Assembly (NCBI GenBank): GCA_964357975.1
Contig: CAYHNG010000006.1
Span: forward strand, 487-64,486
Reading direction: 5' to 3'
Source of the DNA: an uncultured Pseudomonadales bacterium
GTDB lineage: Bacteria; Patescibacteriota; Microgenomatia; UBA1400; MFAQ01
DNA: 64,000 bases
The position numbers and the translations under genes were made by a program. The notes under the pieces are model-generated. The model did no database searches and had not been told where the DNA came from. It saw only the letters and a program-made list of their open reading frames with translations. Numbering within the stretch: position 1 is the stretch's first letter; each line of letters starts with the position of its first letter. Positions 27,948 through 36,101 of the stretch are shown here, one piece after another.

Positions 27948-28574
27948 TCAAACGAGGGAAATGATGAGATTGGAGACGGTGCGGGCGGTAACAAAGAAAA
28001 AACGAGTGGAGAGAGACCTCATAAAGTTTATGGTCGGGTAATAATGATCGTACCAATGAATCCGATTGACCAAAGTAAAGCGGGAATGATCCTTCAGCTG
28101 TTGCATAAAATCAAGGTTTTCTAATTTATGGGGAATATATTTGCCTTCAAAACAATCGACTAAAATAAGATCATAGTTTTCAGATCTCAGATCTCGGGCA
28201 AAATCCAGAGCGTCGCCGATGATAATCTCCAGATTTTTTACTTTATTAAGACCAAAATACTTTTTTCCAATCTCCACCATAAAGGGGTCGATCTCGACCG
28301 CGGTGATTTTGGCTTTGGGGTAGAGGCGTCTAACCAATAGGGTATTGGATCCCCCTCCGAGTCCTAAAATTAAAATTGTTTGGGGGGTGAAATGCTTAGG
28401 CACTAGCTTCTTGATACCGGTTTTCCAAATATGAGTCAGAATGTCTCCGGATTCGATCAGACCGTCAACGTGCAAGGTGGGTTGGAGAAAGTAGAGGTTG
28501 ATGGAGATATGATGATTGAATTTGGAGTCCGGCAGTTTGATGGTTTGGGGAAAAAATAAATGACGAAAGGACAT
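27948..28574 (-). CDS. class I SAM-dependent methyltransferase (spermidine synthase-like)
   Basis: ILILGLGGG, AVEIDP, GDA, YDLILVD. Confidence 0.85.
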   Translation of the reverse strand: MSFRHLFFPQTIKLPDSKFNHHISINLYFLQPTLHVDGLIESGDILTHIWKTGIKKLVPKHFTPQTILILGLGGGSNTLLVRRLYPKAKITAVEIDPFMVEIGKKYFGLNKVKNLEIIIGDALDFARDLRSENYDLILVDCFEGKYIPHKLENLDFMQQLKDHSRFTLVNRIHWYDHYYPTINFMRSLSTRFFFVTARTVSNLIISLV

Positions 28575-28575
28575 A

Positions 28576-29625
28576 TTAGTTGAGACCTTGTGTTAATTTA
28601 ATTTCACTGCGAATTTTTCGAGCGAGATCCCCCCAGACTTGATAGTGACGATTGAGCATGAGAGTGGAGACACGAACCGGAGGCAACCCTTTGGTGAGAT
28701 AGGCGGCATCCAAAAGGTCGGCGGCGGCTCGATCTCTTTCCGGGTAAGAATCGGTACCGGAGACAATGGCCACAACACCGGTTTGATCTCTGACAGCGGT
28801 AACGATGGTAGAATAGCCGGCATCTTCCGTATAGGCTATCTTTAAGCCATCAACGCCGGGATAAACACCCAACAGACCATTCCAGTTGGGAAGATAATAC
28901 TTGCCGTGAGTGGCGGTTTGCACAATATCCTGATTGTCCGCTTTACCGGCCGAAACAATATCCGGGTAATTTTTTTGTACATTATGAATGAGCTTGGCAA
29001 TATCCGACAAAGTTGAGTACTGATTTTGATCATCCAATCCATCGGGGTTCGTGAAATGAGAATGAGTCATACCGAGCAGTTCGGCTTTTCGATTCATATA
29101 GTAGATGAACTCCGAAGGATAAATACCGGTTAAGGACGCGGCACCGTCCGACAAGGCTTGAGCCGCGTCGTTGGCACTGGTGGCAATGGCTCCCCGCAAT
29201 AGTTCGGAGGCCGGCAGAATTTCCCCGACCTTTAAACCTAAGATCGTAGGCACCTTATCCACTGCCTTCTCCGAAACCGTAATCTCTCGATCTAGAGAGA
29301 TAAGGTCGAGGGCCACTTGGGCCGTCAAAAGTTTGGTGAACGAGGCGGGTGACATTTTGAGACCGGCACCTTTGCTGTAATAGACCAGACCGGTTTCGGA
29401 GTTATAAACTATGTAACGAGGAACACTCGCCAAGGTCGAAAGCTCTTTGGCTTTGGTGAAGTCCAAGTTGAACTGGCTGACTTTCTTAGAAATTTTTTCT
29501 GTCTGATCTCGGCCTGCGAATAAGGGTGAGATAAGGGCCAAAGAATCTCGGTGAAAAAACACATAAGAAGCTACTCCACCGGTCACGAAGACCAGCAGTA
29601 AAATGATCAGTATTTTCTTAGCCAC
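28576..29625 (-). CDS. D-alanyl-D-alanine carboxypeptidase (peptidase S11)
   Basis: PASFTK (SxxK), SAN (SxN), FTNPDGL; the KTG motif reads KIA. Confidence 0.88.
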   Translation of the reverse strand: MAKKILIILLLVFVTGGVASYVFFHRDSLALISPLFAGRDQTEKISKKVSQFNLDFTKAKELSTLASVPRYIVYNSETGLVYYSKGAGLKMSPASFTKLLTAQVALDLISLDREITVSEKAVDKVPTILGLKVGEILPASELLRGAIATSANDAAQALSDGAASLTGIYPSEFIYYMNRKAELLGMTHSHFTNPDGLDDQNQYSTLSDIAKLIHNVQKNYPDIVSAGKADNQDIVQTATHGKYYLPNWNGLLGVYPGVDGLKIAYTEDAGYSTIVTAVRDQTGVVAIVSGTDSYPERDRAAADLLDAAYLTKGLPPVRVSTLMLNRHYQVWGDLARKIRSEIKLTQGLN

Positions 29626-30892
29626 GTTTGATGATATCCTTCCCCATGTAGGGAACTAAAACTGCGGGTATTTTGATAGAACCGTCCGCTTGCTGATAAT
29701 TTTCCAGGATAGCCACTAACCAGCGGGGTGAGTTGCTCGCCGTGTTGTTGAGCATATGAACATACTTCATTTCGTTTTGGCTATCGCGATAGCGAATGTT
29801 GGCGCGGCGGGACTGGAAGTCCGTCATGATCGAGTCGGAAGCCAGCTCTCCCCAGTTATTCCGACCCGGCATCCAAGATTCAAGATCATATTTCTTGGCT
29901 TGTGGTTCGCCCATATCGCCGGTGCACATCAGAAGAATCCGATAAGGTAAGCCAAGCTCTTGGGCAATCTCTTCGGTGTAGCTCAGCATCTCTTCGTGAA
30001 GTCTGCGGGATTCGTCCAGATCGTTCTTGCACAATACGACCTGTTCGGTCTTGACGAACTCGTGAACGCGATAAACCCCTTTGGTATCTTTGCCATAGCT
30101 GCCGGATTCTTTGCGGAAGCAAGGAGAGAAACCAATCATCTTTATAGGTAGATCTTTTTCGCTTAAAACTTCATCCTGATAGTAGGAAACCAGAGGAACT
30201 TCGGCGGTACCGGTGATAAAAGATTCTTCTTCCCCTTCGGTGGTTTCGAGTTTGTAAACTTCTTTTTCTCCCCAAGGGAAATGACCGGAGTTGACAAAAC
30301 CACGTCTTTTGAGAATGACGGGGGGGACAACGGGAGTGTAACCTTTGGCAATAAATTTCTGGAGGGTGTAGTGCATGAGCGCAAATTGGAGCATCACGGC
30401 GTCCCCCTTGAGAAAATATCCTCTAAATCCGGCGACTTTGGAGCCCCTGTCAAAATCGATAATATCCAGATTCTGAGCAAGCTCGACGTGAGACTTCGGG
30501 GAGAAATCAAATTGAGGAAGATTGCCCCAGGTTTTGACTACTTTGTTTCCGGTTTCGTCTTGGCCCACCGGAACCTCGTCCAAAGGGACATTGGGAATTT
30601 GATGTAAAAGACTTTCAAGATTTTCTTCAACTTGGCGGAGTTGTGGTTCCAAATCCTGGAGTTGAGTTTTTAGTTCGGACGTTTTTTTCATCAAATCTTC
30701 CGTTCGAGCCACCTTGAGTTGTTCGTTGAGCTTATTTCGCTCCGAACGAATACCTTCGATATTAATGATTAAACGACGTCGATCGATATCTAAACCAATG
30801 GCCTTGTCGACGGCGTCGGCGTTACGATTTTTGTTTTTGGCTGCCTGCTTGACCTTGTCCGCATTTTCGCGAAGATAGTTGATGTCTAACAT
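29618..30892 (-). CDS. serS: serine--tRNA ligase
   Basis: MLDINYLREN start, TAEVP, CFRKESG...RVHEFVKTE, HMLNNT. Confidence 0.97.
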   Translation of the reverse strand: MLDINYLRENADKVKQAAKNKNRNADAVDKAIGLDIDRRRLIINIEGIRSERNKLNEQLKVARTEDLMKKTSELKTQLQDLEPQLRQVEENLESLLHQIPNVPLDEVPVGQDETGNKVVKTWGNLPQFDFSPKSHVELAQNLDIIDFDRGSKVAGFRGYFLKGDAVMLQFALMHYTLQKFIAKGYTPVVPPVILKRRGFVNSGHFPWGEKEVYKLETTEGEEESFITGTAEVPLVSYYQDEVLSEKDLPIKMIGFSPCFRKESGSYGKDTKGVYRVHEFVKTEQVVLCKNDLDESRRLHEEMLSYTEEIAQELGLPYRILLMCTGDMGEPQAKKYDLESWMPGRNNWGELASDSIMTDFQSRRANIRYRDSQNEMKYVHMLNNTASNSPRWLVAILENYQQADGSIKIPAVLVPYMGKDIIKRG

Positions 30893-30938
30893 ATTAGTTA
30901 ATTATTGTTTATTAATTTAATAATATCCTTAAATACAC

Positions 30939-31105
30939 AAAAAACACGCAAATAATTGCGCGTTACGGTCCCGACAATCGGGAAGATGCCACCTTAACAA
31001 TACTTAATTTAGCAGTTACGGGCTGACCCGGTCAGGTTTTTCACCCCTGACAGCCTGCCCCGCTTTGGCGAGGGCTTGATGGTTGGAGGCCATCTCAAAT
31101 GCTTT
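30939..31105 (-). promoter_or_regulatory. probable T-box riboswitch (Ser) upstream of serS
   Basis: Antiterminator AGG-UGGCAUC bulge-UCCCGA/UCGGGA-CC; stem-II-like hairpin followed by GCCCGUAA; UCC in a short 5' stem-loop; terminator hairpin with U-run. Confidence 0.7.
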
Positions 31106-31127
31106 GTGGATAGATTGTAGCAAATTT

Positions 31128-31715
31128 CTAGAGACCGAGAGTCTCAGCCACCCTTTGCATGGAAGTGAGGCAGATGTCGATAAATTTTTCGAGTGGCAAA
31201 TTGAGACCTTCAGGTTTCTCGCACATGGCTACTTCGTCCCGGCGGGTGCCGGCGGCGAACTTGGGCTCTTTGAGAAAACGCTTGAGGACGGAGCTGACTT
31301 TGACGTCGGCTAGTTTCCGGCTGGGGTAAACGTAGGCGACGGCCATAATGAGACCGGTCAGTGAATCGGCGCAAAAAATAGACCAATCTGCCTTGTTATT
31401 CGGCTTGATTCCAGTGAGTTCGGGGGCGTGGGCGAGGACAAGATGATGAACCGAGTCGGAAAGGTCCAAACCATATTTAGCGAGAGCTTCTTTGGTGTGA
31501 GAAGGGTGGCCTGCTTTGAAGGGTTCGGAGTAGTCGATGTCGTGAATCAGTCCGGCCAAGAGCCAATCTTCTTTGGATGGCTCGTCTGTAGAGAGTAGGT
31601 TGTTCTCGAAGAAATAATCGTAAAGACCACCCATACAGGCTTGAAGGGCAAGCGAGTGGGTAAAAATCTTGTCGTCTAACTGAGTTTTGACTGCCTCAAA
31701 GTATTCTTGGTTCAT
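31128..31715 (-). CDS. HD-domain phosphohydrolase
   Basis: THSL...GLIHDIDY...H...ADSLTGLI...FAAG. Confidence 0.88.
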   Translation of the reverse strand: MNQEYFEAVKTQLDDKIFTHSLALQACMGGLYDYFFENNLLSTDEPSKEDWLLAGLIHDIDYSEPFKAGHPSHTKEALAKYGLDLSDSVHHLVLAHAPELTGIKPNNKADWSIFCADSLTGLIMAVAYVYPSRKLADVKVSSVLKRFLKEPKFAAGTRRDEVAMCEKPEGLNLPLEKFIDICLTSMQRVAETLGL

Positions 31716-31757
31716 CAGGTATTATACAAAAATGCCCCACATGAGTGGGGCAAGGTG

Positions 31758-31940
31758 CTACCTGGCCATGAAGTAACGGTTAAAGAAGTGTACCCCCACG
31801 AAGAGACCGCCGATGATGGCCAGAATTGGCCCGATGGACGGCACAAACAAGTAACCATACGCTGAGGCTAAAAATAAACCAATAGCGACACATAACAAGG
31901 CGTTCTTGAGAACAAAATTACCAACTTTTTTCATGTACAA
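31758..31940 (-). CDS. small two-TM membrane protein
   Basis: AAGGAG RBS; two hydrophobic helices; hairpin downstream. Confidence 0.6.
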   Translation of the reverse strand: MYMKKVGNFVLKNALLCVAIGLFLASAYGYLFVPSIGPILAIIGGLFVGVHFFNRYFMAR

Positions 31941-32009
31941 ATCTCCTTTTTGAGAGTTATATGGGTTATTATAACATACAGTGTCAAGCGATGATTTATA
32001 CTGGTAGAT

Positions 32010-33770
32010 ATGAAGAAACTAACAATATTGCTGGCAATCGCTTTGTTCTTTTCTCAAGTGCCCGTCCTCATGGCTCAGGAACCGACCGAAGAAGCTATTA
32101 CTCGTTTTGATTCCGTGATGGATATTAATCAGGATACTTCTTTGTCTATTTCCGAAAAAATTGAGTACTTCACTCCGGTAGAAAAACATGGAATTTATCG
32201 CTATATTCCCGAGAAATACAGACGGGAAGGGCTAGTTTACACCAATCCAATTTCCGAAATTTCCGTAACCGATACCGAAGGGGAAACGATGCCTTTTTCC
32301 ACTACGAGGGAGAAGGGAAACTTGACCTTAAAGATTGGGGACCCGGATAAAACGTTTGCCGGAAGACGTATTTACAACATTTCCTACAAAGTCGGCCACG
32401 CCATTCTAAGGCAAAAAGATTTCGACGAACTTTATTGGGATATTACCGGAGAGGGCTGGCAGTTTCCGGTGCTGTCATCGACCGTGACAATCAGATCCCC
32501 TTTTGCCGCCGGCGGGGAAACAATCTGTTTTGTTGGGCCGGTGGGAAGCGTCTCTTCGGACTGCACCATAAGCCAAAAAGACAAACTAATTAAAGTGGAG
32601 ACCAGGGAAGAGATAAATTATGGTGACAATTTTACCGTGGCCGTGAAACTGAACCAACAAAATAGTTTGATATTCCCTACCGCATCCGAAAAGCTGATCG
32701 ACTTAATAAAAAATAATCTGTTCCTGGCTCTGACGGTTGTACCTGGTCTGCTGATGTTTTTTGTTTGGTATAAGAAGGGTAGAGATTTTCGCTTTGTGTC
32801 CCCCAATGTATTCAACCTGGACACTGATCAGCCTAAAGGACTGAGGCCCTTATTCGAACCGATAAATACTCCGATGGTTTATGAACCTTTTAAGGATCTG
32901 ACTCCGGGAGAAGCCGGAGCCATGCTGGATGAAAAAGTAGACAATCAAGACGTAGTGGCCGAAATCATTGATCTCGCTCGAAAGAAATACTTAGGGATTG
33001 AGAAGGTAGAGAAGAAGGGTTTTTTGAAGTTTGGACACGATTACTTGCTAACTAAATTTAAAGATGGTCCGGGCGATTTGCCACCACAGCAGGAATATCT
33101 GATGAAGCATATTTTTGATTCCAAATCTTCAGTAAATCTCAGCGAGCTGAAAGGTACCTTTTATATCCACATGACTAAAGTAAAGGAAACAATCAACGAA
33201 AGATTGAAAGAAAGAAAACTATTTACCGCCAACCCCAATAATACACGTGGTTTGTGGATGTTTCTGGCGATCTGTGTGTCCGGTTTGACCTTTGCTCTCA
33301 CCATTGGGTCCATCGGTTTTTTGCATGAGGGATGGCCAGTGATGGTCTTGTTGGTCTCCACCATAATCGCTACTTGGTTTGCCTGGAATATGCCCCAAAA
33401 GACGGCAGTTGGCACCAACCTGGCTCTGCAGGTAAAGGGACTCAAGGAGACAATTCGACTCGGAAAATGGAGGGAGGAGATAAAAGAGAAACATCTCTTT
33501 ATCGAGGAAGTACTCCCCTTTGCAATTGCTCTTGGTGTAATTGGAAAATTGACAAAGGATATGGCCGTATTAAATATCAAACCACCAAAATACTTAGATG
33601 GTGGAATGGGAATGAATAACCTTGCCTGGTCCGGCTTTGTATCCGACTTCAGCCATACGGCGGCAAGTGGGCTTTCGTACAACCCCTCGTCTTCATCATC
33701 AGGAGGATCCGGATTTTCCGGAGGATCATCGGGAGGTGGCGGTGGTGGAGGTGGTGGCGGAAGCTGGTAA
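32010..33770 (+). CDS. DUF2207 family membrane protein
   Basis: HGIYRYIP, ELYWDITG, LPFAIALGV, Gly-rich tail ending GGGGSW. Confidence 0.9.
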   Translation: MKKLTILLAIALFFSQVPVLMAQEPTEEAITRFDSVMDINQDTSLSISEKIEYFTPVEKHGIYRYIPEKYRREGLVYTNPISEISVTDTEGETMPFSTTREKGNLTLKIGDPDKTFAGRRIYNISYKVGHAILRQKDFDELYWDITGEGWQFPVLSSTVTIRSPFAAGGETICFVGPVGSVSSDCTISQKDKLIKVETREEINYGDNFTVAVKLNQQNSLIFPTASEKLIDLIKNNLFLALTVVPGLLMFFVWYKKGRDFRFVSPNVFNLDTDQPKGLRPLFEPINTPMVYEPFKDLTPGEAGAMLDEKVDNQDVVAEIIDLARKKYLGIEKVEKKGFLKFGHDYLLTKFKDGPGDLPPQQEYLMKHIFDSKSSVNLSELKGTFYIHMTKVKETINERLKERKLFTANPNNTRGLWMFLAICVSGLTFALTIGSIGFLHEGWPVMVLLVSTIIATWFAWNMPQKTAVGTNLALQVKGLKETIRLGKWREEIKEKHLFIEEVLPFAIALGVIGKLTKDMAVLNIKPPKYLDGGMGMNNLAWSGFVSDFSHTAASGLSYNPSSSSSGGSGFSGGSSGGGGGGGGGGSW

Positions 33771-33774
33771 GGGA

Positions 33775-34248
33775 TTACTTAACCGACTTGACGACGTAAG
33801 TAACCTTACCGGCAGGAGCTTCAACTTCGACGTGGTCACCGGTCTTTTTACCGAGTAGTGCTTTGCCTAGTGGTGATTCGTGTGAAATTTTCTTAGCGGC
33901 CGGATCGGCTTCCCATTCGCCGACAATAGAGAATTCGTGCTGGCTTCCGTTGATAGTAACCATGACAACACTACCAATACCGACTTCTTCTTCGCCTGTC
34001 TTTTTGATGTCGACGACGTTGACACGGGTAATAATATCTTTGAGCTCTTCAATGCGACCTTCGAGAGCGGCTAAATCTTCTCTGGAGGAGTGATATTCGG
34101 CGTTTTCGGAGAGATCACCAAATTCGCGGGCTTTAGCCACGCGTTCAATGGCCTCAGGAAGACCGGATGTTTCTAGTTGTTTGAGTTCATCTACCAGCTG
34201 GCGGTAGCCAAGTGGGGTCATTTGAACTCTGGGTGTGTTTTGGGCCAT
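33775..34248 (-). CDS. greA: transcription elongation factor GreA
   Basis: GDLSENAEYH, ISHESPLGKAL. Confidence 0.96.
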   Translation of the reverse strand: MAQNTPRVQMTPLGYRQLVDELKQLETSGLPEAIERVAKAREFGDLSENAEYHSSREDLAALEGRIEELKDIITRVNVVDIKKTGEEEVGIGSVVMVTINGSQHEFSIVGEWEADPAAKKISHESPLGKALLGKKTGDHVEVEAPAGKVTYVVKSVK

Positions 34249-34276
34249 ATTAGTTTGTAATTACAATAGTTGTTTC

Positions 34277-34415
34277 AATATAAAGGTTGTGGCTGGGATG
34301 TCAAGACACAAAGAAGGTAAAAAAATACCAGCTCCCTGTGACGTCCAGGATTCAGCTGGGCACCTACACTCTATATATGTAGGAGTATTCTAGTTCAGAT
34401 TGCCAGATTTGTCAA
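34277..34415 (-). promoter_or_regulatory. tandem sigma70 promoters with an intervening terminated leader upstream of greA
   Basis: TTGACA-17-TAGAAT (34415-34387); TTGACA-16-TATATT (34304-34277); hairpins and a U-run between them. Confidence 0.65.
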
Positions 34416-34482
34416 GTCACCACTGTCTTATAGGGCTAATTTTAGGCTCAAATAAAACCCGCTCGAGAGAGCGGGTGGAAAT

Positions 34483-34734
34483 TTAAGCTTCCTTCATCGG
34501 AGGAGGTGCGTCGGTGGTGTCCTCTCTTCGCTGGCCGTACTGGGCGTAGGAAACCGACGATGAGACAAAAAACAGAATGTAGAAAAGAACCGGGAAGAAG
34601 ATTGGGGTGCTAGGCACAACAATCTGAATTACCAAAAAGATGATTGACCCAAGCCCAAACCCAACGGCCCAAAGTGGTGCCAGACCATAGGTGAGAGAAA
34701 TCAACAACCAGATTACAAGATTAATTAGCTTCAT
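34483..34734 (-). CDS. small membrane protein
   Basis: AGGAGG RBS; hydrophobic helices; terminator downstream. Confidence 0.7.
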   Translation of the reverse strand: MKLINLVIWLLISLTYGLAPLWAVGFGLGSIIFLVIQIVVPSTPIFFPVLFYILFFVSSSVSYAQYGQRREDTTDAPPPMKEA

Positions 34735-34836
34735 GAGCGCCTCCTGAAAATTTAAATTTGCTTGGTCTGAATTATACAGCTATAAGGTATGTCTGTTTAC
34801 GAGGCTAAAGTTTGATAAAATAGGGCGTGGTTAGAT

Positions 34837-34910
34837 GGCCCCGTCGTCTAGCGGTCCAGGACATTTGGTTCTCATCCAAAAGATCGCGGGTTCGATTCCC
34901 GCCGGGGTCA
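34837..34910 (+). tRNA. tRNA-Glu (anticodon CTC); CCA not encoded
   Basis: GGCCCCG acceptor stem, TTTGG-TTCTCAT-CCAAA anticodon arm, GGTTCGATTCCC T arm. Confidence 0.95.
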
Positions 34911-34914
34911 CAGC

Positions 34915-35361
34915 ATGCAACAAATCGGTCAGTTATTTGGCAAACTTTTGCCTTTCGCGGCTACTTTTGTTGCGGGGGTAGTAGCCTCTTTTGGAAGTGG
35001 ATTCGTAAGGGAATTTTTTGAAGAAAGAAATCGTGTAGCAACACATAAAAGAAATGTTGCCAGGCACGTACTTAAGATATGTATTGAGGCAAGTACTAAT
35101 AACTTTAGGTGTTATCCATATGAGAAAATCGAGAGTATTCATTCGGTGCTTGTTGACCTTGAAGGAATAAATAATCAAATTGAGAAAGAATTAACTCAAT
35201 TTGTTGGTTTATGGAGAACAATTTCAGAATTGTATTTAAAGTCTTGGTTGAATATGGAAGGCAAGGAACATCTTTCGGAGTCTCTTAAATCGATAGAAAG
35301 AAAACGAAAAATACTTATTTTATGGGCAAATAGCCTTAGAGTAGGAAGAAACCTGTCCTAA
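34915..35361 (+). CDS. hypothetical protein with N-terminal TM helix
   Basis: 148 aa, AT-rich, starts immediately after the tRNA. Confidence 0.65.
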   Translation: MQQIGQLFGKLLPFAATFVAGVVASFGSGFVREFFEERNRVATHKRNVARHVLKICIEASTNNFRCYPYEKIESIHSVLVDLEGINNQIEKELTQFVGLWRTISELYLKSWLNMEGKEHLSESLKSIERKRKILILWANSLRVGRNLS

Positions 35362-35687
35362 ACGTTCTTTTCTTGGGGTAAATATTTGGAGATTGCTTGC
35401 CTGAACACTTCTGCAAGACTTTGGCCGTTTTCTTCTGCGATTGCTTTTAATGCAGCAATTTGTTTACCTTGTAATTGAACGCTAACCCTTTCAATGCTAT
35501 TCATGGCGGACGCAATAAGCTGTCGCGCTTCCTGCTCTGTGTCGTATAGAACATCCCTCTTCCAAGTAACTATTTGGTCAATAGTCTTATTTCCTTCGTG
35601 AATATATATGTGAACCTTAGGAACCCATTTTGTTTTTCCCTCAATATCTACTTTATAAGGTTTAGGTGTAATGGTGTATCTACTCAT
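35358..35687 (-). CDS. protein with a C-terminal ribbon-helix-helix (CopG-like) domain
   Basis: RVSVQL...AALKAIAEENGQSLAEVFRQAISKYL. Confidence 0.75.
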   Translation of the reverse strand: MSRYTITPKPYKVDIEGKTKWVPKVHIYIHEGNKTIDQIVTWKRDVLYDTEQEARQLIASAMNSIERVSVQLQGKQIAALKAIAEENGQSLAEVFRQAISKYLPQEKNV

Positions 35688-36101
35688 ACCTGTTATTGTA
35701 TCATGATGACATTAGCCTTTTCGTCTTATAAATTCCTCCCATATAATACTATCAACCAGATTAACAAAACATACTTTACAAAACCTCTTAGTGATTTGCC
35801 GGGCTACTAAGTGTTTTTATATCATTTTCAGTGGGCAGGCTCATTTGTTACAGATTTTCAACTGTTGATAAAGATGTGCCAGATACTGTTCCAGATGCGG
35901 TCACATAATCTATAGGTGATATATTGTTTTGATAGTCATTGTTTTGTTCTGGATGTTTTGGATTGAATGACGAAATATAACAAGACATGTTTACGGGATA
36001 AGGTAGATCAATATAATTGCCGTCATCTAATTGAGGAAATGCCATACAACCATCTCCAACGTTCTTCGAAACAAGGGCAATACCCACGAGTGCGGATATT
36101 G

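Noticed and set aside
33690-33770. GGT/GGA-rich low-complexity tract
   Set aside because: It encodes the normal Gly/Ser tail of DUF2207 proteins.
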